In this document: in pieces, positions 38,809 to 48,582 of the stretch
Layout: each line of letters opens with the position of its first letter
Position numbering within the stretch: the first letter of the stretch is position 1
From: a virus
IMG/VR virus record: IMGVR_UViG_3300014834_000367
Span: 1-64,000 of that record
DNA length: 64,000 nucleotides
Reading direction: 5' to 3' (one strand)
Program-made: the position numbers and the translations under genes
The notes under the pieces: model-generated
Database searches by the model: none
Told to the model about the DNA's origin: nothing
What the model saw: only the letters and a program-made list of their open reading frames with translations

Positions 38809-39687
38809 ATGAAAAAATTAACAATTGGTATCGTTGGTCATGGTTTTGTTGGAAAAGCTATTGATGAAGGTTTTAAATCAACAGGCTTAACTAAAGTTAT
38901 TGTCGATCCACGACTTGGCACAACAATTATAAATGATTTAGCTCCGATGGTGCCTGAAATTGTTTTCGTGGCGGTGCCAACCCCGATGGGAGATAATGGC
39001 AGTATAGATTCAAACATTATCGAGGATGTGGTTTACCAATTATCTAATCTCACATATAGGCCAACTATCGTTATTAAGTCAACTGTAACGCCTCCTATTT
39101 TAGATAAACTTTCTAAATTGAGCGATAGAATTGTTTATAATCCTGAGTTTTTAACTGAAAGAAATGCCGCACAAGATTTCATTAATGCTGAACTTCATGT
39201 GTTTGGTGGACCAGAGCATTTAGTTCATGAGGTATATGAAGCATATCGCGGCTTTTCTGTTTGTGAAAATTTGCGAAGAGAGAATGTAGTTTTTACTGAT
39301 CTAAAAACTGCATCAATGATTAAGTACACCATGAATTCATTCTTGGCATTAAAAGTTTTATTTTTTAATCAGGTATATTCTGTATATAATGCAGTTAACG
39401 CGCAGGATTCTTGGGAAAACTTTATTGGTGCTCTCGCAAAAGATACACGAATTGGACCAACGCATATGGCAGTTCCTGGCCCAGATGGTCGATATGGCTA
39501 TGGTGGCGCCTGTTTTCCGAAAGATACTGCCGCGATGCTGAGAATGGCGAATCTAGCTGGCGTAGATTTTTCAGTGCTGGAAGCTGCAGTCATAGCTAAT
39601 CAGGAGATTAGGTCGGCATATACTGATCTTGATTCACGCGAAAAAGAACAGAATGTCAATTTTAATATTTTTAAGAAATCAGCATGA
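38809..39687 (+). CDS. ugd: UDP-glucose 6-dehydrogenase (short phage type)
   Basis: GHGFVG, VPTP, IKSTV, NPEFL, KYTMNSFLALKV, GYGGACFPKD. Confidence 0.85.
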   Translation: MKKLTIGIVGHGFVGKAIDEGFKSTGLTKVIVDPRLGTTIINDLAPMVPEIVFVAVPTPMGDNGSIDSNIIEDVVYQLSNLTYRPTIVIKSTVTPPILDKLSKLSDRIVYNPEFLTERNAAQDFINAELHVFGGPEHLVHEVYEAYRGFSVCENLRRENVVFTDLKTASMIKYTMNSFLALKVLFFNQVYSVYNAVNAQDSWENFIGALAKDTRIGPTHMAVPGPDGRYGYGGACFPKDTAAMLRMANLAGVDFSVLEAAVIANQEIRSAYTDLDSREKEQNVNFNIFKKSA

Positions 39688-40223
39688 CACCTAAAGAATA
39701 TCGTTATCATAACTTTTACATGGACATTGCTCGTAATTGCGCGAGCATGTCTCATGCTTTACGTAAACAAGTTGGCGCCGTAATTGTTCGTGATGATAAT
39801 ATTATCTCTTATGGTTGGAATGGTACGCCGACCGGCCAGCCAAATGAATGTGAAGACAAGCAATATATGCCAGATGAAACTATTTTTTCTAAGCAGCAGG
39901 AAGAAGAAACTTGGCCATATGTTGAAGAAAATCCCGATGGTAATTATAAACGTTATTCTCTTGTGACTAAGCCAACAGTTTTGCATGCTGAACTTAACGC
40001 AATTTGTAAATTAGCAAGAACCACCGGAAATAGTGATGGTGCAAGCTTATACGTTACATTATCGCCATGCCCAGAATGCGCCAAATTATTAATTCAGGCA
40101 AAAATCAAAAAAGTATTTTATCTTGAAAAGTATCGAGATACTGCTGGGATAGATTTACTTGAAAAATCAGGAATATCAGTGGTCAATTTATCAACAACAG
40201 ATTTATCAGATTTTAATATATGA
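39684..40223 (+). CDS. dCMP deaminase
   Basis: QVGAVIV, GWNGTP, HAELNAI, SPCPECAK. Confidence 0.92.
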   Translation: MTPKEYRYHNFYMDIARNCASMSHALRKQVGAVIVRDDNIISYGWNGTPTGQPNECEDKQYMPDETIFSKQQEEETWPYVEENPDGNYKRYSLVTKPTVLHAELNAICKLARTTGNSDGASLYVTLSPCPECAKLLIQAKIKKVFYLEKYRDTAGIDLLEKSGISVVNLSTTDLSDFNI

Positions 40224-40783
40224 ATCTCGCGCTAAACGCAGAAATGGAAAAAGTTAAAACGCAATTTGGTAATTACGCCATCAAGTATGATGGCGTTTAT
40301 CAACTTTCTGCCGAATTAATTCCAGAATTTTTAATGCTTGGCACACCTGTTTCACGTTTAACAGTTTATGATAAAAATAATGATATTGAAATTTTTAACA
40401 AATTATCGGATGAACAAATTTTAACAGCTACAGATGATGTGCCAAAAATTAATCTGGATTGGAAAATTCCAGAACCATTTTTATCACTTGATTTGCATGC
40501 ATTCTTAATTGAAAAATTTTTAGAAAAACAAAATGAGTTTGAAAATAATTTAGATGATGCCGCACTAAGATTGCAAAAAGAATTAGAAGAAATAGAAAAA
40601 AGAAATTTAACAAATCTTTTTAGAACCATCATATATGTTGTAGATGTATTCAACAAAAAAGATGTACCGTGGGGAGTTGGTCGTGGTTCATCCTGCGCCT
40701 GTTTCATTTTATATCTTATTGGATTAAATCTCGTTAATCCTCTTGAATACGACATTCCTTTAGAAGAATTTTTCCACGATTAA
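40220..40783 (+). CDS. dnaE: DNA polymerase III alpha-like, N-terminal palm fragment
   Basis: RLQKELEEI...WGVGRGSSCACFILYLIGLNLVNPLEYDIPLEEFF. Confidence 0.8.
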   Translation: MNLALNAEMEKVKTQFGNYAIKYDGVYQLSAELIPEFLMLGTPVSRLTVYDKNNDIEIFNKLSDEQILTATDDVPKINLDWKIPEPFLSLDLHAFLIEKFLEKQNEFENNLDDAALRLQKELEEIEKRNLTNLFRTIIYVVDVFNKKDVPWGVGRGSSCACFILYLIGLNLVNPLEYDIPLEEFFHD

Positions 40784-40869
40784 CCCAAAAATACAGTTTT
40801 GGCAAAAATCCCTATAAATATAAGGGAGTGCAATTGTCATAAAATTTAGCCTATAAAAAATATCCTTTA

Positions 40870-41175
40870 ATGGAGATAATCATAATGACCAGAAAAGTCA
40901 GATCAGCAAGAGGCGATGTAGTTGATTTTGATCTTCTCGCGATAACCCGCTCATTGGCAACCGCCCCGGCACCAATAAATGTGGAAGCTCGCAGAAAATT
41001 CATCGACGAAAAAGAAGGAATCAAAGTAATCAAAGGCGTACCTCTAAATCAAGCGGAAATTGTAGAATCACAAGAAGAAATGCCCGATGCTCTTAAAATG
41101 TCACTTGAAGCTGCAGAAAAATCTTCAGCTGCTGCCAAGAAGACAAAAAACGCTATTGAAAAGGATGAAAAATAA
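40870..41175 (+). CDS. Hypothetical protein (start may be 40885)
   Basis: TATAAATA at 40813; RSARGDVVDFDLL. Confidence 0.65.
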   Translation: MEIIIMTRKVRSARGDVVDFDLLAITRSLATAPAPINVEARRKFIDEKEGIKVIKGVPLNQAEIVESQEEMPDALKMSLEAAEKSSAAAKKTKNAIEKDEK

Positions 41176-41177
41176 TT

Positions 41178-41492
41178 ATGGCCGCTATACCTATTAGAAA
41201 CAATATCTTATTCGCCTTTATGGATGACACCGCAGGTGGAAAATTTATTACCAAAACACGTTCTGGAATTCTTACGACAAATCAAGATGTTATGTCACAG
41301 CCAGGACCTCGTTGGGGTAAAGCACTTGCGGTGGGTCCAGAATGTACAGATGTTCGCAATGGAGATTTAATTCTAATTGAATCTTTAATGTGGACAAAAG
41401 GTTTTGAATATGATGAAGTTAAAATTTGGAAAACAGATGAAAGCAAAGTTTTAGCAGTCACCGATCGAGCTGAGGACTGTTATCAGTTGTAA
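41178..41492 (+). CDS. groES: GroES-like co-chaperonin
   Basis: PIRNNIL, TRSGIL, GKALAVGP, VRNGDLIL, ESKVLAV. Confidence 0.75.
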   Translation: MAAIPIRNNILFAFMDDTAGGKFITKTRSGILTTNQDVMSQPGPRWGKALAVGPECTDVRNGDLILIESLMWTKGFEYDEVKIWKTDESKVLAVTDRAEDCYQL

Positions 41493-41494
41493 TT

Positions 41495-42556
41495 ATGTTT
41501 TTTACATTTTTAACTTTCCTTGCTGCGTTTAGCATCGAGGCACTAGGCACTTATATTAGTGTTGTAGGTTTATCGAGCTTATTCGCTTCTAATCCAATAA
41601 TTATTCTTTTGGCGGTGTCTCTAGACATTGGCAAAGTTGTTGCTGTGTCCTTCATATACAAGTATTGGAAAAAGATTAATCTGTTGATGAAATCATATAT
41701 GTTAGCAGCTACGATAGTGCTCGTCACAATAACGTCTGCTGGTGCATTTGGATTTTTATCTGGAGAATTTCAAAAAGCAATTGCCGGAAATAATCAACAG
41801 ACAATTATAATCTCCGCGCTTGAAGAAGAAAAAATAAGACTTCAAAAACGTAAAGAAGAAATTGATAGCCAAATTGCGAGACTGCCAGAAAATAGCGTGC
41901 GCGGTAGATCAACATTGATGAAACAATTTGCGCCAGAAGTCAATAGATTAAATTCACGCTTGGCTGATATTGATGAAAAGTTGCCAGAATTAAAAGTAAA
42001 AAACATTGAGAAAGAAGTTAAAGTTGGCCCAATCATTTATGTTGCTGAGGCATTTGGCACTACTCCAGAGCACGCAGTTAAATGGGTTATCTTAGTTATT
42101 ATTTTCGTGTTTGATCCTCTTGCTATTGCACTGTTACTCGCTGGCAACTTTTTAGTAGAGAATAGAAATAAGAACGAAGAAAAAACAGATAATGAGTCAC
42201 CATTGCCAAAAATAATTCCAGATGAATATTCTCCGGAATCTAAAATAGAAAATGTAGTAGATTCCGTAGAATATAAACTTGATGAACTCGTTTCTGAAAT
42301 AAATGATAAAAATATTCATGAAGAAGAATTGAAGACAGAAGAATTAATATTAGAGCCTGAGGCACCCCAAGAAATGGAAATGCCAGAGCCAGAAAAAGTT
42401 GCTGAAACACCTCCGGCCAAATCAATTGTGCAACCCTCCATAGAAGATGGGCCACCAGCTATTAGCAAATCTCTAGAGAAAATTGATCATACGCGTGCCG
42501 ATGTCAGTTTCAGCAACAACAGAAGATCTGCTGTTAGGAGCACGTATAAGCGTTAG
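41495..42556 (+). CDS. Multi-pass membrane protein with coiled coil
   Basis: SVVGL...LDIGKVV, ITSAGAFGFLS, VGPIIYVA, IIFVFDPLAIALL. Confidence 0.75.
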   Translation: MFFTFLTFLAAFSIEALGTYISVVGLSSLFASNPIIILLAVSLDIGKVVAVSFIYKYWKKINLLMKSYMLAATIVLVTITSAGAFGFLSGEFQKAIAGNNQQTIIISALEEEKIRLQKRKEEIDSQIARLPENSVRGRSTLMKQFAPEVNRLNSRLADIDEKLPELKVKNIEKEVKVGPIIYVAEAFGTTPEHAVKWVILVIIFVFDPLAIALLLAGNFLVENRNKNEEKTDNESPLPKIIPDEYSPESKIENVVDSVEYKLDELVSEINDKNIHEEELKTEELILEPEAPQEMEMPEPEKVAETPPAKSIVQPSIEDGPPAISKSLEKIDHTRADVSFSNNRRSAVRSTYKR

Positions 42557-42628
42557 TATAGCGTTCCCTATGATTATGTTTTTGCTTTATGATATAATCA
42601 AACTATCCTCTTTTGATGGAATCTTACG

Positions 42629-43558
42629 ATGAAAAAGAATATGTTGTGGACCGAAAAGTATCGGCCCAAGAAAATTGCTGACTACATTTTCCATGATCAG
42701 AATCAGAAAAAACGATTTGAGAAGATGATCTCTGAAGGAGAAATTCCTCATCTTCTCCTTTCCGGCGTGCAAGGTTCAGGAAAAACATCACTGTCCGGAA
42801 TTCTGGTCAATGAGCTAGGAATTGACCCAATTGATGTTCTTAGGATTAATGCGTCTGATGAGAAAACAGAATCACTGCGTGAAAAAGTTATCTCATTTGC
42901 ACAGACATATGCCATGGGCAAAATTAAAATTGTCCAGCTTGAAGAAATGGATCAACTTCTTCCGGTGGCTCAAGCGCTATTGCGTTCTATTTTGGAAGAC
43001 TATTCGGCTAATTGCAGATTTATTTGCACCTGCAATTATGAGAATAAAATCATGCCAGCACTCAAATCAAGAATGCAGCACTTTCATTTTTCTGCACCAG
43101 AGCATGATGATGTGATTATTCGCGCAGCTGATATTCTTGATGCTGAAGGTGTCACGTATGATGTTGACGTTTTAACAAAATATATTTCAGCTGGTTATCC
43201 AGATATTCGTAAAATAATCGTGCTGCTTCAACAAAACACGATTGATGGAGTTTTACAAGCAACGAATACTTCAACTGAAGTTGCGGATTTTAAATTGCAG
43301 CTCATTGATCTTTTGAAAGAATCAAATATTCGTGAAGCACGAAAACTCGTATGTTCACAGGCAACTCGTGATGAACTTGAAGATGTTTATACGTTTCTTT
43401 ATAATAATGTTAATATTCTCAGTAATGATGTTGCTGTGCAAGAAGAAGCAATTGTTATTATCGCAAACTATCTATATAAACACTCTTTGGTCGCAGATCC
43501 CGAAATTAATATGGCTGCAGCATTCATTGAGCTCAATCAGGTGATTAATGGAAAATAA
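42629..43558 (+). CDS. gp44: Sliding clamp loader large subunit (RFC/gp44-like)
   Basis: WTEKYRP, GVQGSGKT, INASD, FICTCNY, LKSR, YPDIR. Confidence 0.9.
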   Translation: MKKNMLWTEKYRPKKIADYIFHDQNQKKRFEKMISEGEIPHLLLSGVQGSGKTSLSGILVNELGIDPIDVLRINASDEKTESLREKVISFAQTYAMGKIKIVQLEEMDQLLPVAQALLRSILEDYSANCRFICTCNYENKIMPALKSRMQHFHFSAPEHDDVIIRAADILDAEGVTYDVDVLTKYISAGYPDIRKIIVLLQQNTIDGVLQATNTSTEVADFKLQLIDLLKESNIREARKLVCSQATRDELEDVYTFLYNNVNILSNDVAVQEEAIVIIANYLYKHSLVADPEINMAAAFIELNQVINGK

Positions 43559-44018
43559 ACGTGCTCTAGACATTTTTTCATTATTTGAAAAAATAAATGC
43601 TGGCGAGCATGACTTCTATGATAAACTTACAGCAGAAGAAAAGAAACAATTTTCTGCCCTAATTTTCATGAGGTGGTTATCTGGTACAAACGATGCGTGT
43701 CAGATTGTGCTGTTGAATAATTTGGTTAATGAACACGTGTTCAATCTTGGCAAACACCCAAGCCTTTTATCAAAGCTATTGGTTGTCGCAACTACTCGTA
43801 AACAAAAAAGGTATCAGTGGTTAAAAGCTAATTCAAAAGCAGCTAAGACAGAAGAAAGGTTTAAAATACTTAACAGATACTATGGGCTATCGAGTAAAGA
43901 AGCTAAGCAGCAATTGGAACTGCTGAAAGCAGAAGATTATTTGGAACTAGCTGCTGAGCTAGGTTATCAAAAAGATGAAATTGAAAAATTGAGGAAGGAG
44001 TGTAATGCAACCATCTGA
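43548..44018 (+). CDS. Probable clamp loader small subunit (gp62-like)
   Basis: Follows gp44; FMRWLS, RYQWLK, YYGLSSKEAK. Confidence 0.65.
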   Translation: MENKRALDIFSLFEKINAGEHDFYDKLTAEEKKQFSALIFMRWLSGTNDACQIVLLNNLVNEHVFNLGKHPSLLSKLLVVATTRKQKRYQWLKANSKAAKTEERFKILNRYYGLSSKEAKQQLELLKAEDYLELAAELGYQKDEIEKLRKECNATI

Positions 44019-44724
44019 TACAGCAACACATTCACGAAAGAATAAATTTAGCACAACATGGAAATGTGAATTTTGTGCGAAAGTGTTGTCGTCTGAAAGA
44101 TCGTTTGAAACACACCGTGAAACCTGTGAAGTAAAAAAGAAAATCGATACATTGAGAACCCCACTTGGACAAATGGCATATGAGTCATATAGGCTGTGGT
44201 TTAAATTAAAGGGCCGTAAACAGCCAAGTCATGAAGCTTTTATTGGTTCCAGATATTTCACCCCAATTATTAAATTTTCAGAACAAGCGCGGAAAGTTAA
44301 ACTTTCGGATTTGGAAATGTTTATAAATTTAATGGTTCGAAAAGATTGGGCCCCATCTCTTTGGAGAAGTGAAAGCGCGTATAAGCTTTATCTTGACGCC
44401 TTAAATAAGGAAGATCTTAAAACTTCAGCATTACGTACAATCCAGTTTTTGGATAATTTGGCTGCACAAAAAGATATTCAGATTGAAGAAATATTGCCAG
44501 CACTCGGAATTAGAGAAATCATCTCATTAATTAGAGCTAAGAAAATATCACCGGTTATTTTATTGCGATCATCTAAGTTTGAGAAAATGTATTGTGAGCT
44601 TGATGAAAATGATACTCATGCACTTCATCAAGTTATTAATGCTACCTACTGGCAAGACCGGATGTCTGAAGATCCTGAAGCCATAATTGAAATAACTGGT
44701 TGGTTAAAAGAATTAGGAATTTAA
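44005..44724 (+). CDS. Zn-finger hypothetical replication-associated protein
   Basis: CEFCAK...H...C; lies between the clamp loader and the DnaE fragment. Confidence 0.65.
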   Translation: MQPSDTATHSRKNKFSTTWKCEFCAKVLSSERSFETHRETCEVKKKIDTLRTPLGQMAYESYRLWFKLKGRKQPSHEAFIGSRYFTPIIKFSEQARKVKLSDLEMFINLMVRKDWAPSLWRSESAYKLYLDALNKEDLKTSALRTIQFLDNLAAQKDIQIEEILPALGIREIISLIRAKKISPVILLRSSKFEKMYCELDENDTHALHQVINATYWQDRMSEDPEAIIEITGWLKELGI

Positions 44725-45297
44725 ATGGATATTGATATTGATACCCCATCAAAATTTATTGCGGCGACAATATTTTCAAATACTGTTAAGGCAAGTATTT
44801 TTGATGGCACAAAAATTACACCACACCCGTGCGGCGTTTACTTTCAAGAAATGCCGGTTGATATTATGACAAATTTGGCAGCTATTCCTTATGATACTGC
44901 TGAAGACTTAGGATATACTAAAATTGACTTTTTGCATCTTCGTGTTTACGATCATTTTAAAAATAGAAAAGAAATTGAAGATATGACAAAGCAGTCAACG
45001 CCGTGGCAGTTATTACTTTTGCCATCGGTAGTTGAAAAATTATTCCAGCTTTCAAAACATGGGGAACTTTTGAAAAAATTAAAACCAGCTTCGACTTTAG
45101 AATTAGCTGATGCTTTGGCTCTTATCCGGCCTGGCAAATCTGATCTCTTACCAATATATCTTAAGAATAAAGATGTGGCCAGAAAATTGCTTTATGCCAA
45201 AGAAGAAACTGGTTACTCATTTAAAAAATCTCACGCCATTGCATATGCCATGGTTGTTGAATTACAACTTAAGTTGGCAGATCTTGATAGGTTATAA
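44725..45297 (+). CDS. dnaE: DNA polymerase III alpha-like, catalytic fragment
   Basis: MDIDID, HPCGVY, KIDFL, LALIRPG, GYSFKKSHAIAYA. Confidence 0.85.
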   Translation: MDIDIDTPSKFIAATIFSNTVKASIFDGTKITPHPCGVYFQEMPVDIMTNLAAIPYDTAEDLGYTKIDFLHLRVYDHFKNRKEIEDMTKQSTPWQLLLLPSVVEKLFQLSKHGELLKKLKPASTLELADALALIRPGKSDLLPIYLKNKDVARKLLYAKEETGYSFKKSHAIAYAMVVELQLKLADLDRL

Positions 45298-45371
45298 TAT
45301 TCTGAGATCCCTTTACGCCGGCCACAATAAATAACCAGCAGTTCTCATATTAAACTTTAATTACTTTATAA

Positions 45372-46895
45372 ATGAATACCATAAACGTTATCAAAAGAAA
45401 TGGTCTCAAAGAGCCATTGACCATTGAAAAATGGCAAAATCAAATCGCAAATGTGTGTAATGGCGTAGCGGATGTGAGCCAGAGCATGATTGAAATAAAA
45501 GCTCAACCACATTTCTACGACAAAATTACAACACGTGAGATTGATGAAATTACTCTTCGAGCAATTGTCGATCTTATCGATGTTGAAGCTAATCCAGACA
45601 TCGGCCACACGAATTATCAATATGTTGCAGGCAAACAACGTCTCAGCATGCTACGTAAAGACGTTTATGGGCAGTATGATCCTCCGCGTTTATTTGAAAT
45701 CGTAAAGAAAAATATTGCTGCTGGGCTATACACTTCTGAACTTCTTGAATGGTATTCAGAAGATGATTGGAATAAGATGGATGAAATCATAGATCATAGT
45801 AAGGATGAACAATATAGCTATGCGGCAATTGAACAATTAATTGAAAAATATCTTGTTCGTAATCGCGCCACAAAGGAAATCTATGAAACTCCTCAAGTTC
45901 GTTACATGGTTGCAGCTGCAACTGTCATGCATAAAGAAGAGCCAAATAACGCCAGAATGCGTTATATCAAAGAATATTATACTGCGGCCAGTGATGGTCT
46001 TTTCACGCTGGCTACACCGGTTCTTGCCGGGCTTGGTACCCCTACTAAACAGTTCAGTAGTTGTGTTCTTATTCGCAGTGATGATGACCTTGATTCTATC
46101 TTTGCTTCTGGCGAGATGATGGCAAAATACGCTGCCAAGCGAGCAGGAATTGGACTTGAAATCGGAAGGCTACGGCCGCTCGGTTCACCAATTCGTGGTG
46201 GCGAGGTTATGCATACTGGCATGATCCCATTTTTGAAAAAATGGTTTGGCGACTTACGGTCATGCAGCCAAGGCGGAATTCGCAACGCGTCAGCTACCGT
46301 GTTTTACCCAATCTGGCATTATCAGTTTGATGATTTGATTGTTTTAAAAAATAATCAAGGAACTGATGAAACTCGCGTTAGACACTTGGACTATGGCGTA
46401 GTATTGAGCGCATTTTTCTTTAGGCGTTTCAAGAATAAACAGGATATTACTTTCTTTGATCCGAATGAAGTGCCAGATTTATATGAAGCATTTTATTCTG
46501 ATATGAATAAGTTTGAAGCGTTGTATGTGAAATATGAGCAAGATCCAAAACTGCGCAAAAAAGTTATTTCTGCTGAAGAAGTTTTCAAAAGTGGCATTTT
46601 AAAAGAGCGCACTGATACCGGCCGCATTTACCTCGTCTTCATTGATAACGTTCTGAAGCAAGGTCCATTTGACGGCAAGCATCATCCAATCTATCAAAGT
46701 AACCTCTGTCTCGAGATCCTGTTGCCAACAGTTCCGTTTAAATCCCTAGATGATGAAGGTGAATTTAAATTAACACTTGATAATGGACAAGAATTAACAT
46801 TGCCGGGACAACATAAAGTTTTATTGGCTAATGGAGATAAAAAGAAAGTTAGAGAGTTAACCGAAGAAGATGATATACGGGATTTATTATTATGA
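45372..46895 (+). CDS. nrdA: Ribonucleotide reductase class Ia alpha, N-terminal half
   Basis: ATP cone (VIKRNG), QFSSC, SQGGIR, QSNLCLEI; ends in a 43-aa non-RNR tail. Confidence 0.92.
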   Translation: MNTINVIKRNGLKEPLTIEKWQNQIANVCNGVADVSQSMIEIKAQPHFYDKITTREIDEITLRAIVDLIDVEANPDIGHTNYQYVAGKQRLSMLRKDVYGQYDPPRLFEIVKKNIAAGLYTSELLEWYSEDDWNKMDEIIDHSKDEQYSYAAIEQLIEKYLVRNRATKEIYETPQVRYMVAAATVMHKEEPNNARMRYIKEYYTAASDGLFTLATPVLAGLGTPTKQFSSCVLIRSDDDLDSIFASGEMMAKYAAKRAGIGLEIGRLRPLGSPIRGGEVMHTGMIPFLKKWFGDLRSCSQGGIRNASATVFYPIWHYQFDDLIVLKNNQGTDETRVRHLDYGVVLSAFFFRRFKNKQDITFFDPNEVPDLYEAFYSDMNKFEALYVKYEQDPKLRKKVISAEEVFKSGILKERTDTGRIYLVFIDNVLKQGPFDGKHHPIYQSNLCLEILLPTVPFKSLDDEGEFKLTLDNGQELTLPGQHKVLLANGDKKKVRELTEEDDIRDLLL

Positions 46896-47608
46896 AAATT
46901 TATAAACCAGCATATCTATACATAAAAATACACAATAAAACAGGTTTAAAATATTTTGGAAAAACATCACAAGATCCATATGCATATTTTGGTAGTGGAA
47001 TTGATTGGTTAAAACACTTAAAAACATATGGCTATGATATTTCTACAGAATTGTTGAATGATAATAAACCATATACTGATGAAAACAAATTAATTGAAGA
47101 TGCGATAAAGTTTTCTATAGAGAATAATATAGTTGAGTCATGCAAATGGGCGAATAAAAGAATTGAAAGCGGTGATGGTGGCGATACTTCCATGTGTGAA
47201 AACTATATAAAAGCTATGGCATCAAGAAACCAGCGTGGTCCTAATAATCCAATGTGGGGTAAAAAATCCGTCGCAAAAGGAAAAACTTATGAAGAAATGT
47301 ATGGGATAGAAAAAGCAAATCAGTTAAAATCTGAAAGAATAAAATCAGCAACTGGTAGAAAATTATCCACAGAATCTTTAGAAAAGATGGCAAAATCTAT
47401 CTCAGCAGCAACAAGAGGAATTCCAAAATCTGAACAACATAAAAAGAATATGAGAAAACCGAAGACACAGGAACATAAAAATAACCTTAAAGGTCCACGC
47501 GAAAGAATAGAATGTCCGCATTGCAAAAATGTAGGCGGAATAAGCCAAATGAAGCGCTGGCATTTCTATAACTGTAAATTATTTAAGGATAAAAATGAAA
47601 GTAATTAA
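46892..47608 (+). CDS. GIY-YIG (Seg-like) homing endonuclease splitting nrdA
   Basis: YLYIK...GLKYFGKT...YFGSG, NPMWGK, NUMOD3-like repeats, CPHC...HFYNC. Confidence 0.85.
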   Translation: MKIYKPAYLYIKIHNKTGLKYFGKTSQDPYAYFGSGIDWLKHLKTYGYDISTELLNDNKPYTDENKLIEDAIKFSIENNIVESCKWANKRIESGDGGDTSMCENYIKAMASRNQRGPNNPMWGKKSVAKGKTYEEMYGIEKANQLKSERIKSATGRKLSTESLEKMAKSISAATRGIPKSEQHKKNMRKPKTQEHKNNLKGPRERIECPHCKNVGGISQMKRWHFYNCKLFKDKNESN

Positions 47609-48566
47609 AAAGGAATGCATTAGAAAAGTACCGCAAATTGCGCTGTGTACACTTGGTAGTATAAATTGGGGCAGCTTTAGACACCCAGAAGACATGCGTC
47701 GGGCGTGTCGCATACTTCATCGCTCTCTTAACAATATACTTGATTACCAAGATTTTTTGAGTATTCATAGCAAATTGTCGAATGACTTTATACGGCCGCT
47801 GGGTATCGGTGTTACTAATTTAGCATACTGGCATGCAAAACGCGGATTAAAATATGGAACAGCAGAGGCATTACAGGAAGTAAAATCTTTCATGGAACAT
47901 CAAGCATATTACTTGACAGAAGCTAGCGTAGAACTTGCTAAAGAACGTGGTGCATGTCTTCATAGTGATAAAACGCGGTATGGACAAGGATTTTTCCCAT
48001 GGGAATTACGCGCTGAAGGCGTGAATGAACTTGCAAATTTTGCACCAGAGCTTGATTGGGAAACTTTACGTGCCAATATGAAAAAGTATGGCGTACGCAA
48101 CGCAACTCAGATGGCGGTAGCACCAGTTGAATCGAGCTCAGTTGTTATCAATTCAACTAATGGAATTGAAATGCCAATGAGTTTAATTTCAACTAAGGAA
48201 AGTAAAGCCGGTTCATTTACTCAAGTGGTTCCTGAATATCATAAGTTAAAAAATAAATATCAGCTTATGTGGGAACAGGAAGATTGTGTTGGCTATTTAA
48301 AAACAGCTGCAGTTATTGCAGCTTATGTTGATCAAAGCATCAGCACGAATACTTTTTATTCGCCAAAGCATTTTCCAGATCGTAAAGTTCCATCAACATT
48401 AATTGCAAAGAATTTGATGTTGGCACACCATTGGGGGATAAAAAGCTTCTATTATAGCCTCATTGAAAAACAAGGTTCAAAATTTGTAGATGAAACGCCG
48501 CAAGATACACCGCTTAAACAAATCGATTTTGACGATGAATCCGATTGTGAAAGCTGTAAACTTTGA
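47595..48566 (+). CDS. nrdA: Ribonucleotide reductase class Ia alpha, C-terminal half
   Basis: IALCTLGSINW, RPLGIG, APVESSS, DQSISTN, KSFYY, CESCKL. Confidence 0.92.
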   Translation: MKVIKKECIRKVPQIALCTLGSINWGSFRHPEDMRRACRILHRSLNNILDYQDFLSIHSKLSNDFIRPLGIGVTNLAYWHAKRGLKYGTAEALQEVKSFMEHQAYYLTEASVELAKERGACLHSDKTRYGQGFFPWELRAEGVNELANFAPELDWETLRANMKKYGVRNATQMAVAPVESSSVVINSTNGIEMPMSLISTKESKAGSFTQVVPEYHKLKNKYQLMWEQEDCVGYLKTAAVIAAYVDQSISTNTFYSPKHFPDRKVPSTLIAKNLMLAHHWGIKSFYYSLIEKQGSKFVDETPQDTPLKQIDFDDESDCESCKL

Positions 48567-48582
48567 CAAGCAAAATAATAGC

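Noticed and set aside
46892-47608. Group I intron or functional split intein in nrdA
   Set aside because: The ORFs overlap with no non-coding space for an intron core; Cys1 block A and terminal Asn are missing, and CLEILLPT is ordinary RNR sequence.
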